Positions 45,142 through 56,219 are shown, counted from the first letter of the stretch. The stretch: 64,000 nucleotides of DNA from a virus (IMGVR_UViG_3300021256_000003:1-64000); one strand, 5' to 3'. A program made the numbers and translations. The notes: generated from the letters alone by a model not told the origin.

Positions 45142-47340
45142 ATGACTAATTACATTAAAGTACGAAAACGTAATGGGATTTTAGAACCTTTTAATGGTTC
45201 TAAAATTACAAAGGCTATAACAGCTGCGTTCAAAACAACGAAAGAGCCTTATGATGAGGAAAAGTTAGCAATGTTCGTAGACTCTACGATAGCAACAATT
45301 CAGTCCTCCGAAAACAGTGAAATTGATATAGAAGTTATTCAGAACATGGTAGAAAATTGGCTAATGCAAAATAAGTATTATAAAACTGCTAAAGCCTATA
45401 TTTTATACCGCGCCGATCATAAAAGACTTAGAGATTTCGCTCAAAAGAAGATTGATTTTATAACAAATTACATTCAATCAGATAATACAGCAAACGCTAC
45501 AATCGATGATAATTCTAATGTCAGTAATCATAATATTGCGGTGTTAAATTCAGAAATTCATAAATCTGAGAATCAGAGTATAAATTTTCGTATTTTGGAG
45601 AATCAACTTAGAAAATTATATCCTGATTTTAACTACAAGCAGTTACTGATAGATTTAAATACTATAGGCTATTTGCACGATTCTTCTAGTCAAATAGGTA
45701 TGCCCTATTGTGTAGCTATTAGTATGTATCCGTTCTTAACTCGCGGTTTAAAAGATTTAGGAGGACTAAGTGCTAAACCTGAAAGTATTGACAGTTTCTG
45801 TGGAATATTTTGTAACTTAATATTTCTTATTTCTAGTCAATATAAAGGAGCAATAGCCGTTCCTGGCCTACTTTTGTGCATGGATTATTTCTTAAGAAAA
45901 GCTTGGGGTGACGACTATTATCTAAAACTTCAAGAAAATATTAATTCTAGTATATGCACAAAACCTAATACTGTAGAACACCAAATTCATCAGTATTTTC
46001 AGCAAATTTGTTATACACTGATGCAACCTAGCGGCGGAAGAGGAAATCAATCCGTATTTTGGAATATATCAATCTTTGATAAGCCTTTCTATGATACAAT
46101 GTACGGAGACTTTTTATTTCCAGATATGACTAAGCCACAATGGGAATCTTTCAACTGGTTGCAAAAAGACTTTTTACATTGGCTAAATCAGGAAAGGTTG
46201 AAAACCATACTCACCTTTCCAGTCGTATCTTTATGTCTCATCTACCAAGATGGAAAGTTTTTGGATGAAGAATTGTATGAATTTGCTTGCCAAGAATATG
46301 CCGAGGGTAATAGTTTCTTTACTTATATAAGTGACAGTGCTGATAGTCTAAGTAGTTGTTGTAGACTTTCTTCTAAAATAGAAAAGCCCCAGTTTAATTT
46401 CACAAATGGTCAATTAAGCGAAATGACTGGTTCTAAAAATGTTATAACACTTGATTTTAACAGAATTGTCCAAGATTGGTTTAAAACCATTCCTGATTAT
46501 CACGACCATTTAAATACTGAAGGAAGATGTCAAGCTCCTAAAGAATATGTGATAGACTGGTTAAAAACTAGTTTTAAACCTTACTTAATTAGCATTTTAG
46601 ATAGAATATATAAATACCAAACTGCGTATAATAGCTGTTTAGAAGAACTTCAAAAATCTGGAATGCTACCTACTTATGACGCCGGATTCATTAATATGAA
46701 GAAGCAATATCTTACAATAGGTATAAATGGTTTAAATCAAATGGCAGAATTTCTAGGATTTGAATGTAATAAAAACCCTTATTACGAGCAACTTTGTAAT
46801 CTGGTCTTTACTACTATTAAAGAACAGAACCAATTACATAAAACTAAGGATCTTATGTTCAACACAGAATTCACACCATGCGAGTCAGCAGCAATTAAAC
46901 TCTATAATCGGGATAAACAAGATGGTTATTGGGTCCCTACTGATACAAATCTTTATGCTAGTTATATTTATAAACCTAACGATCCAAATATAAGCATTTT
47001 TGATAAAATTTATCTACACGGAAGAAATTTCTGTGGTGATAATCTCGACGGTGGAAGTTCAGCGCATTTAAATTTAGCTGAGCATCTTTCTAAAGAACAG
47101 TATAGGAAAATTCTTACTTATGCTGCAGAGGTCGGATGTAAGTATTTCACTTTCAATGTACCTAATAGTGAGTGTGATAACTGTGGATTTATTACTAAAG
47201 TGCCGATAACTAAATGCCCTAAGTGTGGTAGTTTTGAAATTAGTTATTATGATCGCGTAATAGGATATTTAACACGAATAAAAAATTGGTCAGCAGGTAG
47301 ACGTATTGAACAAAAAACTAGAATTTATGGAACTGTATGA
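45142..47340 (+). CDS. nrdD: anaerobic ribonucleoside-triphosphate reductase (class III)
   Basis: C-terminal glycyl-radical motif RVIGYLTRIKNWSAGRRIEQKTR and Zn ribbon CDNCG...CPKCG. 732 aa, with an ATP-cone-like N-terminus. Confidence 0.85.
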   Translation: MTNYIKVRKRNGILEPFNGSKITKAITAAFKTTKEPYDEEKLAMFVDSTIATIQSSENSEIDIEVIQNMVENWLMQNKYYKTAKAYILYRADHKRLRDFAQKKIDFITNYIQSDNTANATIDDNSNVSNHNIAVLNSEIHKSENQSINFRILENQLRKLYPDFNYKQLLIDLNTIGYLHDSSSQIGMPYCVAISMYPFLTRGLKDLGGLSAKPESIDSFCGIFCNLIFLISSQYKGAIAVPGLLLCMDYFLRKAWGDDYYLKLQENINSSICTKPNTVEHQIHQYFQQICYTLMQPSGGRGNQSVFWNISIFDKPFYDTMYGDFLFPDMTKPQWESFNWLQKDFLHWLNQERLKTILTFPVVSLCLIYQDGKFLDEELYEFACQEYAEGNSFFTYISDSADSLSSCCRLSSKIEKPQFNFTNGQLSEMTGSKNVITLDFNRIVQDWFKTIPDYHDHLNTEGRCQAPKEYVIDWLKTSFKPYLISILDRIYKYQTAYNSCLEELQKSGMLPTYDAGFINMKKQYLTIGINGLNQMAEFLGFECNKNPYYEQLCNLVFTTIKEQNQLHKTKDLMFNTEFTPCESAAIKLYNRDKQDGYWVPTDTNLYASYIYKPNDPNISIFDKIYLHGRNFCGDNLDGGSSAHLNLAEHLSKEQYRKILTYAAEVGCKYFTFNVPNSECDNCGFITKVPITKCPKCGSFEISYYDRVIGYLTRIKNWSAGRRIEQKTRIYGTV

Positions 47341-47593
47341 TTTTTATGCAGATTGGTGTGGAATGTGCCGTACTATGATGCCAATAGTAGATGATTTCCA
47401 AAAACAGCATCCTGAAGTAAATCTTATTAAAATTAATGTTGACGATGAGCCTGAATTAGCTGAGAAATATAATGTAAGCCATCTTCCAACATTTGTATTC
47501 AGCGATGGAACAAAAGTACTGTATAAGTGTAATAGAATGCTTAGTTCTGAGGATTTGGAGGAAATTTATCAAAAATCTTTAAAGAAGTGCTAA
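47306..47593 (+). CDS. thioredoxin/glutaredoxin-like redox protein
   Basis: WCGMC active site within an approximately 95 aa thioredoxin fold. Confidence 0.65.
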   Translation: MNKKLEFMELYDFYADWCGMCRTMMPIVDDFQKQHPEVNLIKINVDDEPELAEKYNVSHLPTFVFSDGTKVLYKCNRMLSSEDLEEIYQKSLKKC

Positions 47594-48054
47594 AGTTTCT
47601 TAATACAGAAATTGTTTTTAGAGAGATCCCTGATGAGATTTCTTTAGCAATTAATCTGACAAACTGTCCTCTCCGTTGCCAAGGCTGTCATTCTCCATGG
47701 CTTAGAGAAGACATAGGAAAAGAATTGACTGATGAAATATTATTAGAGTTAATTAAACAGTCGTCAGGAATTACTTGTGTTCTTTTTTTAGGAGGAGATA
47801 GTTCCTATGAAGATATTAGAAGATTTGCTAAAATAATAAAAAATACAGGGCTTAAAGTAGCTTGGTATTCGGGACAAACTATAATTCATACTTCTGATTT
47901 AGAATTTTTTGACTATATAAAGATTGGTCCTTATGAAAAAAAACTTGGAGGCTTGGATAAAATTACTACTAATCAACGGTTGTTTAAAGTAATTAACTCT
48001 AAGTACGATTTACAAGATATTACATTTAAATTCCAACAACACTTATATCAGTGA
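47587..48054 (+). CDS. nrdG: anaerobic RNR activating protein (radical SAM)
   Basis: CPLRCQGCHSPW is a CxxxCxxC radical SAM motif. Immediately follows the nrdD candidate. Confidence 0.8.
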   Translation: MLKFLNTEIVFREIPDEISLAINLTNCPLRCQGCHSPWLREDIGKELTDEILLELIKQSSGITCVLFLGGDSSYEDIRRFAKIIKNTGLKVAWYSGQTIIHTSDLEFFDYIKIGPYEKKLGGLDKITTNQRLFKVINSKYDLQDITFKFQQHLYQ

Positions 48055-48131
48055 TAAATTTATAATAATCATGATAGTAGTGATAATAGTTGATGAATGA
48101 TATTTGTAATATTTATTAATATATTATACTT

Positions 48132-48353
48132 ATGAAACAATATTGTCATATATTGAGAAAAGATATTGAAGCTATACTTGCTGAACAATCTAATTGTTTA
48201 GTTATTTTTACAAAATCTGGTCATAAGATTGTAATTAATGACAGTAATGTTAATGCTACCTTAAGGATCAGAGGAATAAAGAATATTCCTAATTTAATTC
48301 AACAAATAATGTCTTCGAGTAACGAAGAGGAAATTATTTTTAGTTCATTTTAA
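48132..48353 (+). CDS. hypothetical protein
   Basis: 73 aa ORF. Confidence 0.35.
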   Translation: MKQYCHILRKDIEAILAEQSNCLVIFTKSGHKIVINDSNVNATLRIRGIKNIPNLIQQIMSSSNEEEIIFSSF

Positions 48354-48667
48354 TGAAATTATATTTAGCACACAATGATGTAGCTTTTGAAAACGAATTA
48401 AGACGTTTTATCGAAGCAGAAATGGAAGATGTAAAATTCTACGCCTACGATGAAAGCTATACAGATGATAGACAACGTGCTAATCGGCTTAAAGGGGGAT
48501 TTTCAGCACGAAAGTCCCCTTTTGCTGTTTTAAAAACGAATGAGGATAAATTTCTTAAGGCGTTTTATAGTGAAGTAGATGAATGTACTGTAAAAAATAT
48601 TATTCATAATTTACTCTATTACAATGGATATAAAAGTAGTAAACAAATCAAGCAATCCGCTTCCTGA
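48353..48667 (+). CDS. hypothetical protein
   Basis: 104 aa ORF. Confidence 0.4.
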   Translation: MKLYLAHNDVAFENELRRFIEAEMEDVKFYAYDESYTDDRQRANRLKGGFSARKSPFAVLKTNEDKFLKAFYSEVDECTVKNIIHNLLYYNGYKSSKQIKQSAS

Positions 48668-49103
48668 ATATGCTCATCCTACTGATGCTGGCTTAGATTT
48701 ACGCGCAGATTTAACTGCTGTAAATACAGAGTTTCTATTTAATACAACCATATCTCCAGATGGCTCATTAGCTATTTATCCAGGTGGTCGTGCACTTATT
48801 CCAACTAATTTATTTACTGCTATTCCTGAAGGTTACGAGGCGCAAATTAGACCACGTAGTGGATTAGCTCTAAAACAAGGTTTAACCGTACTTAATTCTC
48901 CAGGAACTATTGATGCTAATTACCGTAACGGTTGGGGCGTCATTTTAATCAATCTTGGAGATAATACTGCTATAATTAAACAAGGAGATAGAATAGCTCA
49001 AGCAGTATTAAATAAAGTAGAACATATCAATTGGATTGAAGTTGATACTTTAGATGAAACTGATCGTAATTTAGGAGGATTTGGTTCCAGTGGAAAATCT
49101 TAA
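48624..49103 (+). CDS. dut: dUTP diphosphatase
   Basis: AGLDLRA, RSGLALK and PGTIDANYRNGWGVILINLG are dUTPase motifs. Confidence 0.85.
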   Translation: MDIKVVNKSSNPLPEYAHPTDAGLDLRADLTAVNTEFLFNTTISPDGSLAIYPGGRALIPTNLFTAIPEGYEAQIRPRSGLALKQGLTVLNSPGTIDANYRNGWGVILINLGDNTAIIKQGDRIAQAVLNKVEHINWIEVDTLDETDRNLGGFGSSGKS

Positions 49104-49440
49104 AAAAGTTTTTACTGAATATATTCAACATAGAATAAAAGGTAGAGATGCGCTTGATGAAGCATGTGAAATAAAAATTATCGATATAGATTTTATTTTT
49201 GGTTTATCACAACATCAAGAGCAATCAGCAGATCTTTTATTTGAATATATATTTGGTACTGATGCTTTAGATTGGGTTAATTGGTGGTTGTATGAAAAGA
49301 ATGGGCCAATATCTCATTCTCCTTTAGAAGCCTATGATAAAGATGGAAATATTATTCCTACAGATACAATTGATGATTTATGGAATTTAATAGAAGAATG
49401 TTATGTGGATAAGCAGAAAAAATTGGGAAACACTGAATAA
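49081..49440 (+). CDS. hypothetical protein
   Basis: 119 aa ORF. Confidence 0.4.
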   Translation: MVPVENLKKVFTEYIQHRIKGRDALDEACEIKIIDIDFIFGLSQHQEQSADLLFEYIFGTDALDWVNWWLYEKNGPISHSPLEAYDKDGNIIPTDTIDDLWNLIEECYVDKQKKLGNTE

Positions 49441-49609
49441 TCACATTCTTGATCTATCTTTAAGAATTGATGAATTAAAACGAATAATTACTCCTTATAA
49501 AGGAATTTCTGGGCAAATTGAAAATCTTAAGAAATATATACTTCAGATGGAATCTAAATGTAAAGATAAACCATGTCCTGAATGTCCAGAAAAACCAGAT
49601 AATAAATGA
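49403..49609 (+). CDS. hypothetical protein
   Basis: 68 aa with a coiled-coil segment and a CPECP motif. Confidence 0.35.
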   Translation: MWISRKNWETLNNHILDLSLRIDELKRIITPYKGISGQIENLKKYILQMESKCKDKPCPECPEKPDNK

Positions 49610-50820
49610 TTGACTATTTAATCAGTAAAGACTCCCGAAATAAAATCAGAGTAGTATATTTATATTGTTCTGAAAATTGGGATGATGAATTAGAAGGATA
49701 TGTAATTACTAGAACTACAGGTATGTTAGGTGGTAAATTAACCAATCAACCTAATATAGTTATTTCTCACGGAAAAGCTAAACGTACTTGTAAAGAACAG
49801 TTAGAACTTCAATATAATTCTGAAAAGAAGAAATATCTCGATAAAGGATATAAAGAATGTCCAGTTGATCCAACTACTGTAACAACAGAGGTTTTAGATA
49901 AAATTCTTGGAGAAGTTAAGACTGGCTCTAACGGTGAAATTAAGCCAATGTTAGCAAAGTCTTATAAAGATATTAAAACAAAAAATATTTTTGATAAAAC
50001 TTATTATGAAAGTACTAAAATCAACGGTGTACGTTGTTTAATGTACTGGAATAAAGGTGAAATACATACTGCATCAAGAGGCTCTGTTAATTATGATTTG
50101 GCAACATTTCATATTATTAACCATCCTAAACTAATAGCTTTCTTTAAAGAAAATCCTAATATTATTTTAGACGGAGAATTATATACCGCTGGAGAAACAC
50201 TTAATCGAATATCAGGAGTTTGTAGGGCTCAAAAAACAGTAGCTGAGTCTGAATTTATCAACTATTATATTTATGATATTGTTGATACACAAAAATCTTT
50301 TAAAGAGCGTCTTGAAATTTTAAAGTCAATTCAACAATCTTTGAACATTCCAATAAGCGATTGGCAAAATCCTTATATTAATTGGAAAGAAGATGACTTA
50401 AAATGTATTATGGTTCCTCATCATAAAATTACTGGTTGGGAAGCTATTAAAAAATGTCATGATGAATATGTAAGTAAAGGTTGGGAAGGCTTAGTATTAA
50501 GAGAAGAAAACTCTCCATATCAACCAGGTATGCGAAATAATAACTGGATTAAGGTTAAAGAATATATTGATGCGGAATATCCAATAGTTGGCATAGAAGA
50601 AGGTCTTCGTGATGAAGATATGTGTTTTATTTGTAAAACACCTAATGGATATACATTTAAAGTAAAACCAATGGGTCCAAGAGAATTAAAATATGAATAT
50701 CTTCAAAATCAAGATAAATTAATCGGTAAAATGCTAACTATTAAATATTTTGAAATGTCTGGCTCTGGTACAGATGTTCCACAACAGCCTATTGGAATAG
50801 CAATTCGCGACTATGAATGA
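49606..50820 (+). CDS. ATP-dependent DNA ligase
   Basis: Motif I KINGVR, motif IV WEGLVLR and motif V WIKVK. Confidence 0.7.
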   Translation: MIDYLISKDSRNKIRVVYLYCSENWDDELEGYVITRTTGMLGGKLTNQPNIVISHGKAKRTCKEQLELQYNSEKKKYLDKGYKECPVDPTTVTTEVLDKILGEVKTGSNGEIKPMLAKSYKDIKTKNIFDKTYYESTKINGVRCLMYWNKGEIHTASRGSVNYDLATFHIINHPKLIAFFKENPNIILDGELYTAGETLNRISGVCRAQKTVAESEFINYYIYDIVDTQKSFKERLEILKSIQQSLNIPISDWQNPYINWKEDDLKCIMVPHHKITGWEAIKKCHDEYVSKGWEGLVLREENSPYQPGMRNNNWIKVKEYIDAEYPIVGIEEGLRDEDMCFICKTPNGYTFKVKPMGPRELKYEYLQNQDKLIGKMLTIKYFEMSGSGTDVPQQPIGIAIRDYE

Positions 50821-51917
50821 TAAATAATAATCTATTTAGCATCAAAGTACATTTAGTAAAAAAAATAATACTTATGACAAGTTTTGATATACAACAAAAA
50901 TTTATAAAAATCATTCAGAAATTTAACGCGGATGAAACTAATCTTTCTGCAGATATGCAGAATCTTAGAGAAACCTATGTAGAATTATTTGGTCGTTGGC
51001 CTCTACATTATTATATTTCTGATGACATTAATGTTGATAAAACTACTGAAAACTTTAAAGAAAAGTTTGATGTGTTTATCATGGATCATACTACTAACTA
51101 TGATATAAAGTCTAATAAAATTGAAACTATATATGGTAGTTATATTATTTTTGACGGAACAATAGTATTACTCACTACAAACATTTCTGAAATCTTTACT
51201 GACCTGCCTATAGAACAATTAATTCCTCTTTATGAACAAAATAAAGAAGAATCGCCCAGTTCTGTTTATTGGGTAACTAGAGGCCAATTAGGATTTAATT
51301 CAACAAAATTATCTCTTAAACCCGCAAAATTTAATATTAAAACTCATTATAATGATGATTTTGATTACAATAAAGTAAATAATTTCATTAATGGTGAGAG
51401 TTCTGGATTAGTTATTCTACATGGAACTTATGGTACTGCTAAATCTTATCTATTAAGACACTTAGCTCAAGAAAATCCTGATAAAGAATTTTATTTCTTT
51501 GACCGTTCTACTTTTGAATATATAGGAGATTCTGATTTTGTAGATTTTCTACAAGATATAGAAAATTCTGTTATTATCTTAGAAGATTGCGAATCTTTGC
51601 TACAAGATAGAAATCAAGGAAATGCTTTCTTAAGTACTATTCTTAATTTAGCTGACGGCTTACTAGGAGACGGATTAAAACTAAAATTTCTTTGTACTTT
51701 TAATGCTAATATTAATTCAATTGATAAAGCAGTTTTACGCAAAGGAAGACTAAAATATCAGTATGAATTTAAAGCATTAACTCCAGAGAAAACTCAAGAA
51801 CTTGCAAAAGAACTTGATAAAAATATTCCTATAGGAAAATCTTTAACAGTTGGTGAGATCTACAATTATAATGAAGAAAATAACGCACCTGTTCAAGGTA
51901 AACGAATAGGTTTCTAA
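50817..51917 (+). CDS. P-loop ATPase (AAA-like)
   Basis: Walker A GTYGTAKS and Walker B-like VIILEDCE. Confidence 0.5.
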   Translation: MINNNLFSIKVHLVKKIILMTSFDIQQKFIKIIQKFNADETNLSADMQNLRETYVELFGRWPLHYYISDDINVDKTTENFKEKFDVFIMDHTTNYDIKSNKIETIYGSYIIFDGTIVLLTTNISEIFTDLPIEQLIPLYEQNKEESPSSVYWVTRGQLGFNSTKLSLKPAKFNIKTHYNDDFDYNKVNNFINGESSGLVILHGTYGTAKSYLLRHLAQENPDKEFYFFDRSTFEYIGDSDFVDFLQDIENSVIILEDCESLLQDRNQGNAFLSTILNLADGLLGDGLKLKFLCTFNANINSIDKAVLRKGRLKYQYEFKALTPEKTQELAKELDKNIPIGKSLTVGEIYNYNEENNAPVQGKRIGF

Positions 51918-51928
51918 TTTTATAAAAT

Positions 51929-52180
51929 ATGGGTACTGATACATTTCAACGCATGATTGATGAGCTTAAAGCTCTTCACGAGAAATTAGAGAAACTTCGT
52001 TCATTCATTGACGATAAAGAAAAGTTTGAGAAACTTGATTTTCTCAATAGAGATCTTTTAATTACTCAGTTTAAGGCTATGGAGACTTATTTAAGTGTTC
52101 TATCGATTAGAATCGGATTAAATGCTCCTAAACAAGATAAGCCCGTTGAAGAGTCAGCTGAAAATACTTCTAACGATTGA
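51929..52180 (+). CDS. hypothetical coiled-coil protein
   Basis: 83 aa ORF. Confidence 0.4.
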   Translation: MGTDTFQRMIDELKALHEKLEKLRSFIDDKEKFEKLDFLNRDLLITQFKAMETYLSVLSIRIGLNAPKQDKPVEESAENTSND

Positions 52181-53022
52181 AAAAATCTGAAGAATCCGAA
52201 CAAGACAATTCAGTATTTTCGTTATATATAAAGGATATTAAAAAATATCCTATATTATCAGCGGATGAAATATCTAAATTGATTGTCAAAGCGCAAGCTG
52301 GAGATTTACAAGCTAGAAACAGAGTAATTGAATCTAACTTGCGCTTTGTTATTTCTATTGCTAAAAAGTTTCAGGGAAGAGGACTTCCTCTTATGGACTT
52401 AATTAGTGAAGGTAATTTAGGTGTAGCTTATGCAATAAATAAGTATAAACCTGAGTTAGGTATTCCATTTATTGCCTATGCTTCGTGGTGGATTAGACAA
52501 TATATTAATCAAGCGATATATTGGACAGGACGTGAAATTCGATTGCCTGTATCTCAACATTTAAAAATTATTACTATTCTTAAATGTCGTAAAACTTATC
52601 TACAACAGAATGGACAATGGCCTACTACTACTGAAGTGTCTATGCTAACAGATATACCAGAAGATCAGATTGATTTTTTAATGATGCATCTTTCTAAATC
52701 AATTTCTGTCGACTCTTATGTTGGAGATGATGAAGAAAATAGTCAAGTATGTGATATTATCCCTGATGAAAATGCACGTCCTTTGGAAGAATTAGTAGAC
52801 GACACTATTAAACGTAAAGAAATTCTTGAATCTTTTGATTTATTACCAATAAGAGAACGAGATGTTTTATCTATGCTATATGGTATAGGTAGAACTCAAA
52901 TTGATAATAAACAAATTGCAAGGATGTATGGAGTTGGTATAGAAAGAGTTAGACAAATTAAAGAAGCAGCTATTGAAAAGTTAAAGATTATTGCATCTAA
53001 TAAATTATCTAAATTATTATGA
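52177..53022 (+). CDS. RNA polymerase sigma-70 family factor (regions 2-4)
   Basis: NLRFVISIAKKF...DLISEGNLGV...YASWWIRQYINQAI (region 2), IRLPVSQH (region 3) and IARMYGVGIERVRQIKEAAIEKLK (region 4). Confidence 0.85.
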   Translation: MKKSEESEQDNSVFSLYIKDIKKYPILSADEISKLIVKAQAGDLQARNRVIESNLRFVISIAKKFQGRGLPLMDLISEGNLGVAYAINKYKPELGIPFIAYASWWIRQYINQAIYWTGREIRLPVSQHLKIITILKCRKTYLQQNGQWPTTTEVSMLTDIPEDQIDFLMMHLSKSISVDSYVGDDEENSQVCDIIPDENARPLEELVDDTIKRKEILESFDLLPIRERDVLSMLYGIGRTQIDNKQIARMYGVGIERVRQIKEAAIEKLKIIASNKLSKLL

Positions 53023-54953
53023 AAAATATTGATGTATATGATTTAGAGTCTTTAGCTAATCTTTTCACTTATACTGGTTATGATTATAAAAATGATAAGT
53101 GGTATCAGTTTGTAATCGCACCTTGGAAAAATCAAACTGCTGAATTAGTTGAACATGTTAAGAATTTAAATTTGATGATTGGTTTTAATAATGAAGCATA
53201 TGACTATCCATTATTGCATCATATTCTAAATCATCAAAAAGAATATATAAATAATCCTAACGCCGGAGAACTTATTTATCAGAAGTCTCAACAACTAATT
53301 GATATGGAATTTTCTGCTATAGCAGATAGAAATAAATTAATTCCTCAGTTAGATTTGTATTTAATATGGCATTATAATAACAAAACTAGACATCAAAATT
53401 TGAAGGGACTAGAAATTCAAATGAAAATGGAAAATATTGAAGAAATGCCCCTTCATCATACGCATATTTGTACTCCAGAAGATGAGAAATTAATTCTAGA
53501 TTATAATAAAAATGATGTTTTAGCAACATTTCTATTCTTTAAAGTTACTTTAGGAAAGACTGATTATCCTTTATATAAAGGTAAAAATAAGATAGAATTA
53601 CGTCTTAATTTAAATAAACAATTTGGAGTAAACGTCTTAAACAAAGGAGACGTTCCGATGGGTGAAGAGTTAATTCTTAATCTTTATGCAAGAGCTGCTG
53701 GAATTAGTCCTTATCAATTAAAGAAGCAAGGAGGAACTCCACGACCTAATGGAATTAACTTAAAAGATTGTATCCCATATTGGTGTAAACTAGAATCGCC
53801 TGAATTTCTTACTTTATTACATCAAATAGAAAATACTACAATTAAAGGAGAAAAAGGAGAATTCTCATTTTCTGTTATATTTCACAATTATCAGTTTGAT
53901 TTTGGACAAGGTGGAGCTCACGGCTCCGCAAATCCAAAAGTATGGAATTCTAATGAAGATTGGGTAATTGCAGACTATGATGTCGGATCGCTATATCCAA
54001 GTTTAGCTAAATCTTTAGGTCTTTATCCAGAGCATTTAGGTAAATTGTTTTTGAATCAGTATGTTGGATTTATTGACGATCGATTAATTGAAAAACATAA
54101 ACCTAAAGACATAAGAAATAATACTTTAATTGAAGGATATAAACTTATTCTTAATGGTGCGTATGGAAAAAGTAAAGAAGAGAAGTCTTTCCTATATGAT
54201 CCATTATATACTTTTAAAACAACTATAGCTGGTCAGTTATTTATATGTATGTGGGCTGAAAGATGGGTAAAAGCTGTTCCAGAACTTAAATTCATTCAAA
54301 CGAACACTGACGGACAGACCATATACGTTCCTCGTAATAAAATTCATCTAATTCGTGAGGTTAATGAACAACTAACTAAGGAAACTGGCTTAACTATTGA
54401 AGAAGTTTTCTATAGTAAAATGTTCGTAAGAGATGTTAATAACTACGGCGGAGTATATGAAGACTCTACGATGGAACAAGAACACATTAAATTAAAAGGA
54501 GACTACGAAATTGATAAAGAATTTCATAAAGACCCTTCTATGCGTATCGTTCCATATGCTGTAAAACAATATTTCGTTTATGGTATTCCTGTTGAAGAAA
54601 CAATAAGAAACCATACTGATATATTCGATTTTTGTTTACAATTAAGATGTAACTCTAACTCTGTCGGAGAACATTTAGCTATTGATCGAAATGGAAAAAC
54701 TGTATTAACTCGATTAAATAGAATGACACGATACTATATAAGTAATGGAATTGGTTCTGGAATACTTCAAAAACATTTTAATGACGGACGTATTGTTGGA
54801 GTTAATACAGGTTATTCAGCTATAATATTTAATAAGTATATTAAAAAACCAATTAAAGATTATGATATAAACTATCAATTTTATATTTCTGAAGCATATA
54901 AACTAATTCATGCAATTGATAATAAACAATTGAGTTTATTTGATGATTTCTAA
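53019..54953 (+). CDS. family B DNA polymerase (phi29-like size)
   Basis: Exo I YDLES, motif A DYDVGSLYPS, motif B KLILNGAYGKS and motif C TNTDGQ. Confidence 0.85.
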   Translation: MKNIDVYDLESLANLFTYTGYDYKNDKWYQFVIAPWKNQTAELVEHVKNLNLMIGFNNEAYDYPLLHHILNHQKEYINNPNAGELIYQKSQQLIDMEFSAIADRNKLIPQLDLYLIWHYNNKTRHQNLKGLEIQMKMENIEEMPLHHTHICTPEDEKLILDYNKNDVLATFLFFKVTLGKTDYPLYKGKNKIELRLNLNKQFGVNVLNKGDVPMGEELILNLYARAAGISPYQLKKQGGTPRPNGINLKDCIPYWCKLESPEFLTLLHQIENTTIKGEKGEFSFSVIFHNYQFDFGQGGAHGSANPKVWNSNEDWVIADYDVGSLYPSLAKSLGLYPEHLGKLFLNQYVGFIDDRLIEKHKPKDIRNNTLIEGYKLILNGAYGKSKEEKSFLYDPLYTFKTTIAGQLFICMWAERWVKAVPELKFIQTNTDGQTIYVPRNKIHLIREVNEQLTKETGLTIEEVFYSKMFVRDVNNYGGVYEDSTMEQEHIKLKGDYEIDKEFHKDPSMRIVPYAVKQYFVYGIPVEETIRNHTDIFDFCLQLRCNSNSVGEHLAIDRNGKTVLTRLNRMTRYYISNGIGSGILQKHFNDGRIVGVNTGYSAIIFNKYIKKPIKDYDINYQFYISEAYKLIHAIDNKQLSLFDDF

Positions 54954-54986
54954 GATAATTTACAAATATTTTTTAATGATTATTAT

Positions 54987-55328
54987 ATGAATAGTAGACA
55001 AAAACGTAAATTGCGCTGGGATAAAACTCATGAAGCACCTATTAAATCTTATTGGACAAAAACTTCTGAATTTGGAACAATCCCACATTATAAAGATGGA
55101 AATATCAAAGGACTCTTATCTGAACTCAGAACTTACGGATTGATTAGTAAGCATTCAGGAAGTCAAAAGACATCTAAAATTAAAGCTGCCTTAAATCGAT
55201 ACAGACCTATTTGGTCAGAATATAAACGCACAATGGAAGCTTTAAATGCTTCTAGAAAAGAATCTGAGAAAATAGAAGATGCTGAGATTATTTCTGAACC
55301 TATAAATATTGAAAATGCAACTAATTAA
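54987..55328 (+). CDS. hypothetical basic protein
   Basis: 113 aa ORF. Confidence 0.4.
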   Translation: MNSRQKRKLRWDKTHEAPIKSYWTKTSEFGTIPHYKDGNIKGLLSELRTYGLISKHSGSQKTSKIKAALNRYRPIWSEYKRTMEALNASRKESEKIEDAEIISEPINIENATN

Positions 55329-56112
55329 ACAATCTGCAATATTACTCCCTCAAGACTCAAATCTAGAGGGAGTTTTTAAACAGATTGAATTAGCTGCAAG
55401 AACATGCTATAAATCCGAAGATAAAATTACTATTGATTCAGCTAAACGAATGGTTGATACTTTGATTAAAAGCAATCATACTGCAATGCTAGAACACGGT
55501 ACAATTTATCTTAAGATGCCAAATGGAGTATCAGGTATAAGGTATTCTAGAAATCCATATTCTGTATATTATAATGATGGTATTAATGAATATATTACTA
55601 CTAATTACAGAGTAATAGTAGAAAATAATTGGTATGATGATTTAAAGTATATTGTTTCCGAACTTGAAGAAAATCATGAAAAACGTTATACTATTAGGGT
55701 TATTACTAATATGCAGGTAAGTCATGAACTAGTTAGACATCGTCAATTTAGCTATGCTATGGAATCTTCTCGATACTGTAACTATGGTAAGGATAAATTT
55801 AATAATGAACTTACATTTATTTATCCTAATTGGTTGAAGAATAGTAATTTTCAAACTCAAATGATTTGGCTAAGACAAATGGAAAGGGTAGAGTATGATT
55901 ACTTAGCATTACTAAAAGAAGGATGGAAACCAGAACAAGCTGCACAAGTACTTCCAAAAGCTACAAAAACAGAACTTGTCATTACAGGTACAGAAACTCA
56001 ATGGAAACATTGGCTTAATCTTCGTTTTTATGAAAAAACTGGAAAAGTTCATCCTCAAATGAAGGAACTTGCTACTTTAGTAGCGGACATTTTACCAATT
56101 CAAATTGCCTAA
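55309..56112 (+). CDS. thyX: FAD-dependent thymidylate synthase
   Basis: RHRQFSYAMESSRY is the ThyX RHR..S....S.RY signature. Confidence 0.9.
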   Translation: MKMQLIKQSAILLPQDSNLEGVFKQIELAARTCYKSEDKITIDSAKRMVDTLIKSNHTAMLEHGTIYLKMPNGVSGIRYSRNPYSVYYNDGINEYITTNYRVIVENNWYDDLKYIVSELEENHEKRYTIRVITNMQVSHELVRHRQFSYAMESSRYCNYGKDKFNNELTFIYPNWLKNSNFQTQMIWLRQMERVEYDYLALLKEGWKPEQAAQVLPKATKTELVITGTETQWKHWLNLRFYEKTGKVHPQMKELATLVADILPIQIA

Positions 56113-56219
56113 ATTTATAGGATTTTAGCCCTTCTGAGAGCTTTAAAAATCCTGTATGATGATTTATACTACTATCAAATTTTAAGCTCTTAAAAAGGAT
56201 ATTTCTAAAAAATAATTCT

